Assembly: GCA_016937855.1 (NCBI GenBank)
Contig: JAFGVU010000025.1
Location: 464 to 64,463, forward strand
Source of the DNA: Bacteroidales bacterium
Lineage (GTDB): Bacteria; Bacteroidota; Bacteroidia; Bacteroidales; ML635J-15
Length of the DNA stretch: 64,000 nucleotides
Reading direction: 5' to 3'
Shown here piece by piece: positions 38,462-48,719 of this stretch; positions within the stretch are counted from its first letter, which is position 1, and each line of letters begins with the position of its first letter. The position numbers and the translations under genes are program-made. The notes below the pieces were generated by a model, which ran no database searches, was not told where the DNA came from, and saw nothing but the letters and a program-made list of their open reading frames with translations.

Positions 38462-40576
38462 TTAATTTTTCTTATTTATTTCAGGATAAACAATGCGTGA
38501 GTGATAGATTGTACTAATTTTATCTGCAAATATCTTTTTAGCAGATGTTATTTGCTTCATAGTAATATCTACATTGTCATATTGTCCGTCGGCTAATTGG
38601 GAATCGATTATTGAAGCGACAATTTTTTCGATAGATTCCGGTGTATAGGACTTGAGTGTACGTGACGCTGCTTCAATCGCATCTGCCATCATCATTACAA
38701 CAGTTTCTATGCTATTGGGTTTTGGTCCCGGATATTTAAAATTCGTGATATTTGGAGTTCGATCGGGGTTTTGATTAACCCATGTATTATAGAAGTATTT
38801 TGTAAGGCTTGTGCCATGATGAGTTGTAATAAAATCAATTACCTGGGCGGGCAGGTTAAATTTCTTCGCAAGACTCGCACCCGAGTTAACATGCGAAATA
38901 ATCCTCTGTGCGCTTTCCTCAAGGTCGAGATTATCGTGAATATTAGCTCCACTTTGATTTTCGATAAAATAATCGGGATGCTCCGACTTGCCTATATCAT
39001 GATACAAAGCTCCTGTACGAGCAAGCAGATAGTTTCCGCCAAGCTCACGAGTTACAGACTCTACAAGATTAGCAACCTGAATAGAATGCTGAAATGTCCC
39101 GGGCGATTTCTCGGCAAGCTGTCGCAATGCAGGATTGTTAGTATCGCTAAGCTCCATTAGCGTAAAATCAGATAAAAATCCAAAAATTTTCTCATACAAA
39201 TATACAATTGGAAGATAAATTATTATTAAAACAGAGCTTATTCCGAAAATATATACTTCGTTAGACATCAAGTCGGCAAAATCGCCTTGCTTCATAAATA
39301 TAAAACCAAAATGCAAAACCAAATATGTAGCAAAAACATACAATGCCGAGATAAATATCTGACTTCTCTTACGAGTGTTGCGAAGACTAAACATAGCGAC
39401 TAAACCAGTTAGCGTTTGAATAAAAACAAACTCAAAACTGTTAGGAGCAAAAAATCCGGCAATCAAAACAGAAAATAAATACACAATAAACGACACATTA
39501 AACTTATAAAATGTGTAAAGCAAAAGCGGAAACAGAGTATATGGTATTACATTTATTGAAACATTGGTATATTTAAAAACTACTAACACACTACCTATCA
39601 TTAACAGCATCTGCAGTGTAAAAAAAGTATTCGCTTTAAAACTGTTTAGCACCTTTCTGTCATGGTTATAAAGATATAAAAACAAAACAAAATAAAGGGA
39701 CAAGAATAATAATGCGACACCAAAACTTATTATGTAATGGTTGACCTCCGAATCGTCAGCCTCTACTTCTCTTTTTAATGATAGTAATACCTTATTCTCA
39801 TACTCGCCTACAATGCTCCCTTTGAGGATAATCAATTCGCCTTTTTGCACCATTCCTCGCGATGTGGACACTTCATCTAATTGATTCTGCAAAATATTAT
39901 CACTCATATTCTTATCGTAGATAATATTGGCCGTCGGCAGATTCTCCTGTAAATAATCTCTGAATATAAATCCAAGGAGCGAGTCAACAGAGTTTAATCC
40001 CGATTTTTCATAAACAGACAAAAAGCCTTCCTGAACATCATTTAATATCGAAAATGAAGAAGAGAACTGAAGTTTACTAATCTTTCCGTTATAAAGGTAA
40101 AATCTGAATTTCGCAGGATCAGAAACGGTATCAGGTAGTTCGACAACCCCTTTTACATACTTATCATGCAAAAAATTATCAGCAAAAATTAAAAACAATT
40201 CAACTTTCTTGTCGAGCAGATTTTTCTCAAAACCTGTAATCTCGAGACTATCATAGTGTATTGCAATATTTGACTCCCAGAACACACTCAAATCTGACAC
40301 ATAATTATCGGTATAAAGTTTTTTTACAACAGTATCGTCAATAAAATAAGGAATGAAATTTTGTACAATGCTATCACGCTCTGCTTTTATCTCTGATTCT
40401 GATTTATATACAGGAAAATCGAAAGGAGCCATTAAGTCGTTATGCAACCATGGACTACCCTGAGAAAATGAATATTGAAACTTTTTATCCTTCGGAAAAA
40501 TATATACAACAAATGCAACACTGATTAAAAACAACAGAATTGCATACATTATCACCGAATACTTTTTGAAATTCAT
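38462..40576 (-). CDS. 7TM-receptor HD/HDIG phosphohydrolase (PgpH/YqfF-like, c-di-AMP phosphodiesterase family)
   Basis: Extracellular N-domain, 7 TM helices, and an HD domain with HSIQVANL, YHDIGK and HHGT. Confidence 0.85.
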   Translation of the reverse strand: MNFKKYSVIMYAILLFLISVAFVVYIFPKDKKFQYSFSQGSPWLHNDLMAPFDFPVYKSESEIKAERDSIVQNFIPYFIDDTVVKKLYTDNYVSDLSVFWESNIAIHYDSLEITGFEKNLLDKKVELFLIFADNFLHDKYVKGVVELPDTVSDPAKFRFYLYNGKISKLQFSSSFSILNDVQEGFLSVYEKSGLNSVDSLLGFIFRDYLQENLPTANIIYDKNMSDNILQNQLDEVSTSRGMVQKGELIILKGSIVGEYENKVLLSLKREVEADDSEVNHYIISFGVALLFLSLYFVLFLYLYNHDRKVLNSFKANTFFTLQMLLMIGSVLVVFKYTNVSINVIPYTLFPLLLYTFYKFNVSFIVYLFSVLIAGFFAPNSFEFVFIQTLTGLVAMFSLRNTRKRSQIFISALYVFATYLVLHFGFIFMKQGDFADLMSNEVYIFGISSVLIIIYLPIVYLYEKIFGFLSDFTLMELSDTNNPALRQLAEKSPGTFQHSIQVANLVESVTRELGGNYLLARTGALYHDIGKSEHPDYFIENQSGANIHDNLDLEESAQRIISHVNSGASLAKKFNLPAQVIDFITTHHGTSLTKYFYNTWVNQNPDRTPNITNFKYPGPKPNSIETVVMMMADAIEAASRTLKSYTPESIEKIVASIIDSQLADGQYDNVDITMKQITSAKKIFADKISTIYHSRIVYPEINKKN

Positions 40577-40709
40577 TACAAAATTTTTTGTAAAGATAAA
40601 AAAGTTGGTACATAGTTTATCCCAAAATCTTAAAAAAATAGAAATTTCACGACTTACATCCTTATAGAAACAATGAATTATTTAGTTTTTATAATGTGCA
40701 AAGACTTTA

Positions 40710-40880
40710 AACCCTGATTATGTATTAAAAAATATATTACGGCTGTATACCCCTTTGAAATCAGGCATTACATTGTATTTCTCTCAATAACCGTACTGAT
40801 TAGTACGCTTATTTCGTGAAACACCTGATTTCTGTGGGATTAACAGCCTCATGACGAAGTCTTAATACATAATCAGGGTT
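40710..40880. repeat. 171-nt nested inverted-repeat element (candidate rod-shaped ncRNA or MITE)
   Basis: Perfect 19-bp terminal arms aaccctgattatgtattaa (40710-40728) / ttaatacataatcagggtt (40862-40880). Three nested helices inside: ggctgt/acagcc (40741-46/40843-48), gaaatcagg/cctgatttc (40757-65/40824-32) and cgtac/gtacg (40792-96/40803-07). Confidence 0.6.
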
Positions 40881-40947
40881 AAAAACAATTTACATTGTAT
40901 TGTTAAAAAAAATATAAAGTAATCGAACTTAAACCAATTAAAGTACT

Positions 40948-40955
40948 TAATTTTG
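40948..40955 (+). promoter_or_regulatory. Candidate -7 promoter box TAATTTTG for the NlpC/P60 gene
   Basis: Matches TAnnTTTG and ends 20 nt upstream of ATG 40976. Confidence 0.3.
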
Positions 40956-40975
40956 AGTTTGTAAAAAGTGCATCA

Positions 40976-41767
40976 ATGAAAATTGGAATTTGTGAAATAG
41001 CCTATATCCCATTAAGAGGTGGAATGTCGCATAAATCGGAAATGGTGAGTCAAATACTATTTGGCGAGATATATGAAATAACTATACACCGTAGCGATTG
41101 GTCAAAAGTGAGACTAATCCACGACAATTACGAAGGTTGGATAGACAGCTCAATGATTAAAAATATAGAAGAGGTTGAGGATCTTGATAAAGATTATATT
41201 TTTAAACATCAGGTTTGTAAAGAGAATACAACACTTTCTTGTGTTTCTGAAAAAGGAAACATGTCAATACCCACAGGATCAATTATTCCATTAAAACTTA
41301 AAGATGCCCTGGAGTTTAGTATTGGAGACAACAAATATAAACTGGAAACTCCTTGCACTAAAAACAAAACTAAAGACAAGCGAAAAATAATATCTCAAAA
41401 AGCTATTGAAATGTTAAACACTCCATATTTATGGGGTGGTCGTACAGAGTTTGGTATCGATTGTTCGGGATTTAGTCAGCTTCTATACAGATTGGCAGAA
41501 ATAAATATTCCCAGAGATGCGTCAAAACAAATTAGTATAGGACACACTTTAAATTTCCTTTCCGAAGCACAGGCTGGCGATTTAGCATTTTTTGATAATG
41601 ACGAAGGAGAAATTGTACATGTAGGAATAATTCTCGATGGTTCCCAAATAATTCATGCATCCGGTAAAGTACGCATTGACACAATTGATCATCAGGGAAT
41701 ATACAACAAAACCATAAAACGATACACACATAATCTTAGAGTAATTAAATCTCTCATCCACAATTAG
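40976..41767 (+). CDS. NlpC/P60 (C40) cell-wall peptidase with an N-terminal SH3-like domain
   Basis: Catalytic Cys context YLWGGRTEFGIDCSGFSQLLY, and His in IVHVGII. Confidence 0.85.
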   Translation: MKIGICEIAYIPLRGGMSHKSEMVSQILFGEIYEITIHRSDWSKVRLIHDNYEGWIDSSMIKNIEEVEDLDKDYIFKHQVCKENTTLSCVSEKGNMSIPTGSIIPLKLKDALEFSIGDNKYKLETPCTKNKTKDKRKIISQKAIEMLNTPYLWGGRTEFGIDCSGFSQLLYRLAEINIPRDASKQISIGHTLNFLSEAQAGDLAFFDNDEGEIVHVGIILDGSQIIHASGKVRIDTIDHQGIYNKTIKRYTHNLRVIKSLIHN

Positions 41768-41950
41768 CAGTACAATATCTCTGCTCTAACTTGTATATTC
41801 ATGAACTATAAAGTTCAATATCACGATCTGAAATCGTAGATTTAGGCATGTTTTTACCAATTAGAAGTCCGTTCGTATCATTTAGTGTATAATTCTTTGC
41901 AGGAAATGAGGTTTTTTTAATATTTGTGGCAAAATGAGCCAAATAAAATT

Positions 41951-43480
41951 ATGATAAAAAAACGTAAGGTTTCAATTCTGGGAGGTTTTTTAAATGGAAT
42001 CGAGAAAGTTGGAAATGCACTCCCTCACCCTGCCCTTCTTTTTGCAATTTTTGCTGTTACGGTTTTGATTCTTTCAGCCATATTCAGCTCCATGGGAGTT
42101 AGTGTTTCGCACCCCGGAACCGGTGAGGAAATAAGAGTTGTAAATCTTTTTGACAAGGAGCATTTACACGACATCATCACAAAAATGGTAAGTAATTTTA
42201 CCGATTTTGCTCCACTTGGCATTGTGATTGTGGCTATGCTTGGGATTGGCTTAGCAGAACGTTCGGGGTTAATAAATGCTCTAATCCGCAAACTGGTTTT
42301 AGCAGCACCTGCAAAACTCTTAACCTTTGTATTGGTATTTGCGGGTATTATGTCAAACATGGCCTCGAGTGTAGGTTACGTATTGCTTGTACCTTTGGGT
42401 GCAATTATTTTTATTGCTGCAGGTCGTCATCCTATTGTTGGAATGGCAGCAGCATTTGCCGGAGTTTCGGGTGGTTATAGTGCAAATCTAATTCTTGGAA
42501 CAATTGACCCACTTTTGGCAGGATTATCAGAAGAAGCTGCACATATTATTGACCCCAGTTATCATGTTAACCCAACAGCAAATTATTATTTTATGATTGT
42601 CAGCACATTCTTGATTGCATTTGCAGGAACATGGGTTACAGAAAAAATTGTAGCACCTCGTTTTGGGAAATATAAAGGAGAAGTTTCCGAGGAAGATAGA
42701 AAAATAGAAAAACTAACTAAAGAAGAGCGCAAAGGTATGCGTTGGTCATTATATGTTACAATAGTTTTTGGAGGGATTATTTTGGCAGGCTTATTACCTG
42801 CAGATGGGATTTTACGTGGAAACGATGGTAGCTTGTTAAAATCACCAGTTCTCGATGGAATTGTTGCACTACTTTTTATTTGGGCAGCACTTTGTGGTCT
42901 TGCATATGGTATTGCAACAAAAAAGTTTAAAAATGACAATGATGTAATGAATGGAATGGCAGACTCAGCCAAATCGCTGGGAGCATACATTGTACTCGTG
43001 TTTTTTGCAGCTCAATTTGTTGCTTACTTTAATTGGAGTAATTTGGGTTTAGTTATAGCTGTAGAAGGAGCAAACGGTATTATGTCGCTGAACCTCGGGC
43101 TAATTCCACTAATGATACTATTTGTTCTATTATCAGGAACCATTAACCTTGTAATGGGTTCGGCATCGGCAAAATGGGCACTACTTGCCCCAATCTTTAT
43201 TCCAATGTTTATGTTACTTGGATACTCTCCCGAATTAACTCAGGTTTGTTATCGAATAGGCGACAGTGTGACAAATATTATTTCACCTATGATGAGCTTT
43301 TTCGCCTTAATTATTGCATTTATTCAAAAATATGATAAAAAAGCAGGTATCGGAACTGTTGTTGCTACGATGATGCCATACTCTATCGTTTTCTTTTTTG
43401 TTTGGACTTTAATGTTAGTAATCTGGCTTTGGATTGGTTTGCCATTAGGTCCGGCAGGCCCTTTAACGTATCCGGCATAG
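41951..43480 (+). CDS. AbgT-family (p-aminobenzoyl-glutamate) transporter
   Basis: Start trimmed from TTG 41924 to ATG 41951. Polytopic membrane protein whose N-terminus FLNGIEKVGNALPHPALLF is typical of AbgT. Confidence 0.8.
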   Translation: MIKKRKVSILGGFLNGIEKVGNALPHPALLFAIFAVTVLILSAIFSSMGVSVSHPGTGEEIRVVNLFDKEHLHDIITKMVSNFTDFAPLGIVIVAMLGIGLAERSGLINALIRKLVLAAPAKLLTFVLVFAGIMSNMASSVGYVLLVPLGAIIFIAAGRHPIVGMAAAFAGVSGGYSANLILGTIDPLLAGLSEEAAHIIDPSYHVNPTANYYFMIVSTFLIAFAGTWVTEKIVAPRFGKYKGEVSEEDRKIEKLTKEERKGMRWSLYVTIVFGGIILAGLLPADGILRGNDGSLLKSPVLDGIVALLFIWAALCGLAYGIATKKFKNDNDVMNGMADSAKSLGAYIVLVFFAAQFVAYFNWSNLGLVIAVEGANGIMSLNLGLIPLMILFVLLSGTINLVMGSASAKWALLAPIFIPMFMLLGYSPELTQVCYRIGDSVTNIISPMMSFFALIIAFIQKYDKKAGIGTVVATMMPYSIVFFFVWTLMLVIWLWIGLPLGPAGPLTYPA

Positions 43481-43630
43481 CTTTCGACTAAATCTATTAT
43501 TAAAAAATATTCACTTTGCAATTTAGCATAATTCTAAATTAGCTCGAAAAATAGCTAAAACAAAAACATTTTGATATATTAGATGTTTCTTAATCAAACA
43601 CGATTGTTAAACCAAAAAAACGTTAAAGAC

Positions 43631-44203
43631 ATGATTGAATTGCCAAAATTACCTTATGAAATGAATGCATTGGAACCTAATATCAGTGCAAAAACGGTAG
43701 AATTTCATTACACAAAACACCATCAAGGTTATGTTAATAAGCTTAACGGACTGATTGAGGGAACAGAGTATGCAAACAAATCGCTGGAAGAAATAATTAA
43801 AACTTCTGAAGGTGGAATTTTCAACAATGCTGCTCAAGTATGGAACCACACATTTTATTGGGAAGGTTTCTCTGCAAATCCGCAAAAAGAACCGACAGGA
43901 AAACTTGCAGAAATGATAAATGCCAAATGGGGTTCTTTTGAAAAACTTAAGGAAGAGTTTTCTAATGCTGCTGCAGGATTATTTGGTTCTGCTTGGGCAT
44001 GGTTGGTTATTGATGAGTCAGGAGAATTAAAAATAGTTGGAACATCTAATGCAGGTACTCCATTAACAACAGCCGAGAAACCTCTTTTAACTGCCGACGT
44101 TTGGGAACATGCATATTATTTAGATTATCAAAATCTTAGACCAAGTTATTTGGCAAATTTTTGGAATTTGGTTGATTGGAAAAAAATTGAAGAAAGACTA
44201 TAA
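43631..44203 (+). CDS. sodB: Fe/Mn superoxide dismutase (Fe-type-like)
   Basis: Trimmed to MIELPKLPYEMNALEP. Motifs FHYTKHH, AAQVWNHTFYW and DVWEHAYYLDYQN. Confidence 0.9.
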   Translation: MIELPKLPYEMNALEPNISAKTVEFHYTKHHQGYVNKLNGLIEGTEYANKSLEEIIKTSEGGIFNNAAQVWNHTFYWEGFSANPQKEPTGKLAEMINAKWGSFEKLKEEFSNAAAGLFGSAWAWLVIDESGELKIVGTSNAGTPLTTAEKPLLTADVWEHAYYLDYQNLRPSYLANFWNLVDWKKIEERL

Positions 44204-44209
44204 AAATCG

Positions 44210-44232
44210 AGCCTGCTTTTGCAGGCTTTTTT
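44210..44232 (+). terminator. Rho-independent terminator between convergent genes
   Basis: agcctgc-tttt-gcaggct followed by ttttt. Confidence 0.8.
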
Positions 44233-44256
44233 ATGCAAAAAATATTTCCAATTATA

Positions 44257-44994
44257 TTAATTAGGTGCTACTGAACCTTTACGCACAACTTTACGCTTCG
44301 ATTTCTGTAAATCCAACAACTTTCTCATATTACGATGAAAATCATTGACAATTTTTTTATGGAAATATGGATAAATCCATTTATCGCGAAAATCTGAGTC
44401 GCTTTTAAAATAGCTTGTGTGTATAATCTTTGTATTAAAATCTCCTGCTTTAAGAAATTTTATTTGCTGTACACCACTTGATTTATTTCCTTCGATATAA
44501 CTAAACTCTATAACTCTATCAACCGAATCTACAGTAATAATTTCGAATGCAACAGGTAAGTTATAAATACCTTTCATGACTTTTAGATTCAGAAAATAAA
44601 CCTGTCCTGTAAAAACGCCATCAATATCATCGTTATTGTATGAAATTTTATTAGGGAATTTTTGCAACAACACGCCAAACGTCACCTTTCTCGCATTCCA
44701 TGAGCAAGAAGGATTTTCAGATATATAGCCTTGCCAGATATCATCGAAATTCCCTTTTAAATAAAAAATCATTTCGTTTTTGGAGAAAGATGTAAGATTT
44801 TTACCTGAGTTACAAGAGGGTTTTATGTCAGTAAATAATATTTTATCTTCAGAAATTTGAGTCTCAATATATTTCCTTATCTTTTTTTGTCTTATTTGGT
44901 CCAGATTGATATCATTGAGCCTAAGCTGGGCGAATGATTGCATTTGAACGCAAAAAACCGAAATCAAAAAAACACACTTCAAAACAATCTTCAT
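44257..44994 (-). CDS. Secreted hypothetical protein
   Basis: Trimmed to MKIVLKCVFLISVFCVQMQSFAQ (signal peptide). Confidence 0.55.
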   Translation of the reverse strand: MKIVLKCVFLISVFCVQMQSFAQLRLNDINLDQIRQKKIRKYIETQISEDKILFTDIKPSCNSGKNLTSFSKNEMIFYLKGNFDDIWQGYISENPSCSWNARKVTFGVLLQKFPNKISYNNDDIDGVFTGQVYFLNLKVMKGIYNLPVAFEIITVDSVDRVIEFSYIEGNKSSGVQQIKFLKAGDFNTKIIHTSYFKSDSDFRDKWIYPYFHKKIVNDFHRNMRKLLDLQKSKRKVVRKGSVAPN

Positions 44995-45129
44995 AAAGAT
45001 AAAATTTGTTCGCCCAAAAATACGAAATTTATCCAAAGCAACAGCAAATTAAACTTTTTTCTATTATCCGGCAAAACAGATGGAAACAATTCATCTAAAC
45101 ATAAGGGAATAAAAATATATTATATCTTG

Positions 45130-46563
45130 CTATTCCACAAACGCTTCTACTTCGGTTTTACGACTTTGAACATGAGTTTTTAGTTGAATAAAAGCATTAC
45201 TAAAATCCGCATCTGAATTAAGAAAAGAATATGATTCTATTTCTCCTTCTGCTCCTACAACATAAGGTTCTATTAGATTAAAGTATTTATCATATTCCGA
45301 TTGCATTAACGATGGTTCAAATACTGAGTTTACAAATTGTTGAAGATAGTCTTTATATTTTTGTTGATACTCGGGCACATCGATAAGATATGTTATTAAT
45401 GGCCATTGACTATCGACCTCTGACAACTGCAAAGACAATGCACTATTAACGCCACCATCTTCCTGCAAAGCTTCATTATTGTCCCAGGGAATCCACTTTA
45501 GCAAATTATCAGTTGGATCATTATAAAGATAATAATTATGAGTCATGCGCCCATAGGTGTCCCAATTTTGCATTACAGTATTTGCTGCCAACCATTTTAA
45601 AAAATAATCTACATCTAATATAGATTCCAGATTAGCCATCCACTCGTTTAAATTATTTGTTCTTGAGTTATCATGCAAAATTTCATACAATGATTCCACA
45701 TCACTCCAATCAGCAATAGACTCATTAGTTTTTTTATCAAAGTCACTAATATTAAAAGATCCATAAGAAAAGGATGCTCCTTGATTTTCAGGTTTGTAAC
45801 AATTCCCTGTATCAGACCCAAACTGATTCTTTAACATGGTATCAAAAACAATTTCGACCATTGTATAAAGTCCAAAATACACCGGTCCTTCTCCATAATC
45901 GATATATAACCTGCAAAATGAAGTATGTGCAGCATTGATTCCAAACTTTCGAAACAAATCTGAGGCAACTTTTTCGCGAACAAAAGACATATCTCTAAAA
46001 TTATTCCCAAGAGATAACTGCTGAAAGCCATAAAATGTTTGTCCGGTAATTTGAGGATAATCGTCTGAGAAATGATCAAACTCCAAACGAAAAGGAAGTT
46101 TCAGTATTCCTTGCTGATAAGCACTCCTAAGACTTGAATTACCTTTAAATCTGATTCCGACATAATACCACTCGATTCCATTATGAAACACAGAGCATGG
46201 AACATATATAGGATTCTCATCAGATGTTTCCATAACAGGTTCTTGTAAACCCGACTGTGGCGGCAAACCTCCCGGAGGTGGACCTGGAGGCATTCCCGAA
46301 GGCATTGGATCGCCTGTTGCTCCTACTAATGTTTCAAGATCGTCGAGCATCATATCCCAATAAGCGGGATTAATTACAATATCTAAACGCTGAACCTTAT
46401 CATCGTTAAATATTTCATCATAGTTTGGCAAAGCAGAACTACCATGTGTAGCAGCATTCCAATCGGAAAGTCCTTCTCCGCCGATAAAAACCTGCTCCTT
46501 ATAGCATGATCCGTTAAGCATAAGAAGCGCGATCAAAGAGATAAATATACTTTTAGTTTTCAT
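45130..46563 (-). CDS. CotH-family (atypical kinase fold) lipoprotein
   Basis: Lipobox LNGSC. VPCSVFHNGIEWYYVGIRFKGNSSL...LPFRLEFDHF and the later YNYYLYNDP...WIPWDNN are typical of CotH. Confidence 0.75.
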   Translation of the reverse strand: MKTKSIFISLIALLMLNGSCYKEQVFIGGEGLSDWNAATHGSSALPNYDEIFNDDKVQRLDIVINPAYWDMMLDDLETLVGATGDPMPSGMPPGPPPGGLPPQSGLQEPVMETSDENPIYVPCSVFHNGIEWYYVGIRFKGNSSLRSAYQQGILKLPFRLEFDHFSDDYPQITGQTFYGFQQLSLGNNFRDMSFVREKVASDLFRKFGINAAHTSFCRLYIDYGEGPVYFGLYTMVEIVFDTMLKNQFGSDTGNCYKPENQGASFSYGSFNISDFDKKTNESIADWSDVESLYEILHDNSRTNNLNEWMANLESILDVDYFLKWLAANTVMQNWDTYGRMTHNYYLYNDPTDNLLKWIPWDNNEALQEDGGVNSALSLQLSEVDSQWPLITYLIDVPEYQQKYKDYLQQFVNSVFEPSLMQSEYDKYFNLIEPYVVGAEGEIESYSFLNSDADFSNAFIQLKTHVQSRKTEVEAFVE

Positions 46564-46573
46564 GAGTAATAAT

Positions 46574-47299
46574 TTATTTTAACAAATCGCCAAAATCATA
46601 CTTATAAGATATTCCGAAGACATAAAATGTCTGCGGGTAACTTAATGAAAGTGATTTATCTATCTGGTAGAAAAACTCAAGTTCTCCATATTTTTTTAAA
46701 TTATAGTCTGTGCCTAATCGAAATCTAATATTATCATAATTAGGCAAAGTAAATTTTTCGTATTGCTTAAAAAGTTCTACGCTAAAAACCGGGTCTAACT
46801 TCCAATTTTTGATTTTATATTCACTTTGTAATTTTATTCTGTATGTGTGACGAGGATAGTCCCCCATTTCAAAAGTCTCACCAATATCATTATGATTTTG
46901 GTATCGAAATCGTGCCGTAAGACGAAAACTCTCAAGTGATTGTTTGTAGATTAAATCAAAATTGTAACGATGCTCTTTATCACTTAATAATTCTTTATTT
47001 CTATCATCAATATAGCGATAACCAGCACCTAGGAATAATTGCTTTGGTATGATCGCAAATTTTAAAGAGGCTTCCGAAAAATAGCTATCAAGAACAGAAG
47101 AATTCTTTTTTAAACGCAATTGTTCTTCGATACCAAAACTAAATCTTTCGCCTAATTTTGCATCAAGTCCAACTGATGACCATGTTTGAAAATCCCTGAC
47201 AACAACACTTGATTGCCCAAAACAAAAACCAAAATACACAAAAACAAATACCATAAAAATGGTAAATCTCCTACTATTTTTTTTAAACAAAAGACTCAT
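46574..47299 (-). CDS. DUF2490-like outer-membrane beta-barrel protein
   Basis: Signal peptide, alternating beta-strand pattern, C-terminal aromatic-rich strand. Starts 10 nt after CotH. Confidence 0.5.
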   Translation of the reverse strand: MSLLFKKNSRRFTIFMVFVFVYFGFCFGQSSVVVRDFQTWSSVGLDAKLGERFSFGIEEQLRLKKNSSVLDSYFSEASLKFAIIPKQLFLGAGYRYIDDRNKELLSDKEHRYNFDLIYKQSLESFRLTARFRYQNHNDIGETFEMGDYPRHTYRIKLQSEYKIKNWKLDPVFSVELFKQYEKFTLPNYDNIRFRLGTDYNLKKYGELEFFYQIDKSLSLSYPQTFYVFGISYKYDFGDLLK

Positions 47300-47453
47300 A
47301 AATGCGAATGTTTATTGCTAAAATACAAAAACTATTAATAATAACCTAAAAGAATGTAAGTTTCAACATATTCTCACGACGATTGACTAAATTACGCCGT
47401 TTTTTTAAGATATTCAAACTTTTTGATATCTTTACATTTGAAAAGTAACCATT

Positions 47454-48638
47454 ATGGCACCAAATCAAACATTAACAGACACTCTGATAACTTTTACGCC
47501 TTTGGCTATGTCTGTTTTATTTGCCTTACTTTTACTTTTCATAAAATCTAAAAAAAGCTTATCGGATATTTTACTAAATATTTTTATTATTTTACTTGCA
47601 ATAATTCAGCTTGAATTTTTTCTTGTAAACTCCGGAGAAAAAGAAGTTGCATTGCGAATGCTGATTTTATTCACACCGGCTTTTCAATCACTTCCAATTA
47701 TTAAATACCTTTACATCAAGTCATTAAGTAGTTTAGAACCCATTTCAAAAAGAAGTTGGTTGCATTTTACTCCTTCCATTTTAAGTTTAATATTGTTATT
47801 GATAATAAATCTGTTTCTCAATGATTTTATTAAACAAGATGCATATTGGAATTTACTAATCGTTTTGATAATAGGATTCACATTGGTTTTAAACCTTATT
47901 TACATTCCAAAATCAATAATTGTTTACCGTAAACATAAAATTAGTTCAGGCAATCTGTTTTCGTATCAAGAAGGTGTCGATTTAAAATGGATGAGATTGA
48001 GTATTGTTGGTTATATTTTCTTCTTTGCATCGATTGCAATAATTGAAATCTTTGATTTTCCGGGCGACTCTTTCTTTTTACCAATTGTTTATTCTCTTTA
48101 TCTTTTTTACCTTATTATTAATGGACTAAAGCAAAAGCCTATTTATAATGTTTTAACCAGGACACTAACCTTTAAACACGTAAAATCTGACATTGAATTC
48201 GAAAAAGTAAAAGAGTTCATAACCAAGGAGTCAACTCAAGACATTGACAAATACAAAACCTCATCATTACAAGACAATGAGAAAATAGCTGAGATTGCAA
48301 ATTCATTAACCCATTATCTTGTCACGACAAAAGCCTTTTTAAATCCGGGACTTAATCTCATGGATGTTTCACGACAATTGGGAATAAATTACAAATATAT
48401 TTCTCAAGCTATCAACATCCATTTTCGAAAGAACTTTATAAGGCTAATTTCAGAATACAGAGTTGAAGAGGCGAAACAAATGATATCTGATCCATCAAAA
48501 GCTGATATAACTTTAGAAGCAATTGGAGAACTTTGTGGCTTTCAGTCTAAATCAACATTTTATTCTGCATTTAAAAAAATAACGGGAAAAACTCCCTTAC
48601 TGTTTAAAACTGAGACAGCTAGTAAAAATTCAATTTAA
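47454..48638 (+). CDS. Membrane-anchored AraC-family transcriptional regulator
   Basis: About 7 N-terminal TM helices and a C-terminal AraC HTH (LMDVSRQLGINYKYISQAI...GFQSKSTFYSAFKKITGKTP). Confidence 0.8.
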   Translation: MAPNQTLTDTLITFTPLAMSVLFALLLLFIKSKKSLSDILLNIFIILLAIIQLEFFLVNSGEKEVALRMLILFTPAFQSLPIIKYLYIKSLSSLEPISKRSWLHFTPSILSLILLLIINLFLNDFIKQDAYWNLLIVLIIGFTLVLNLIYIPKSIIVYRKHKISSGNLFSYQEGVDLKWMRLSIVGYIFFFASIAIIEIFDFPGDSFFLPIVYSLYLFYLIINGLKQKPIYNVLTRTLTFKHVKSDIEFEKVKEFITKESTQDIDKYKTSSLQDNEKIAEIANSLTHYLVTTKAFLNPGLNLMDVSRQLGINYKYISQAINIHFRKNFIRLISEYRVEEAKQMISDPSKADITLEAIGELCGFQSKSTFYSAFKKITGKTPLLFKTETASKNSI

Positions 48639-48650
48639 AATAAATCGAAG

Positions 48651-48682
48651 TAAAAAAAGAGCCCGTAATGGGGTTTACGGGC
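48651..48682. terminator. Hairpin terminator between convergent genes (better T-run on the minus strand)
   Basis: gcccgtaa-tggggt-ttacgggc, flanked by an A-run on the plus strand (a T-run for the minus-strand transcript). Confidence 0.65.
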
Positions 48683-48719
48683 ATCTTTCGAGGAATTTGA
48701 GAGGAGAGAAAATGTTTGT

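Noticed and set aside
40710-40880. ydaO-class c-di-AMP riboswitch, suggested by the PgpH and NlpC/P60 neighbours.
   Set aside because: I do not see the conserved pseudo-symmetric ACGGGG / GGGGUGAAUCC / CAGCUAACCUCGUAAGCG-type blocks on either strand. A plausible promoter box also lies downstream of the element. It is left as a hypothesis to test with Rfam only.
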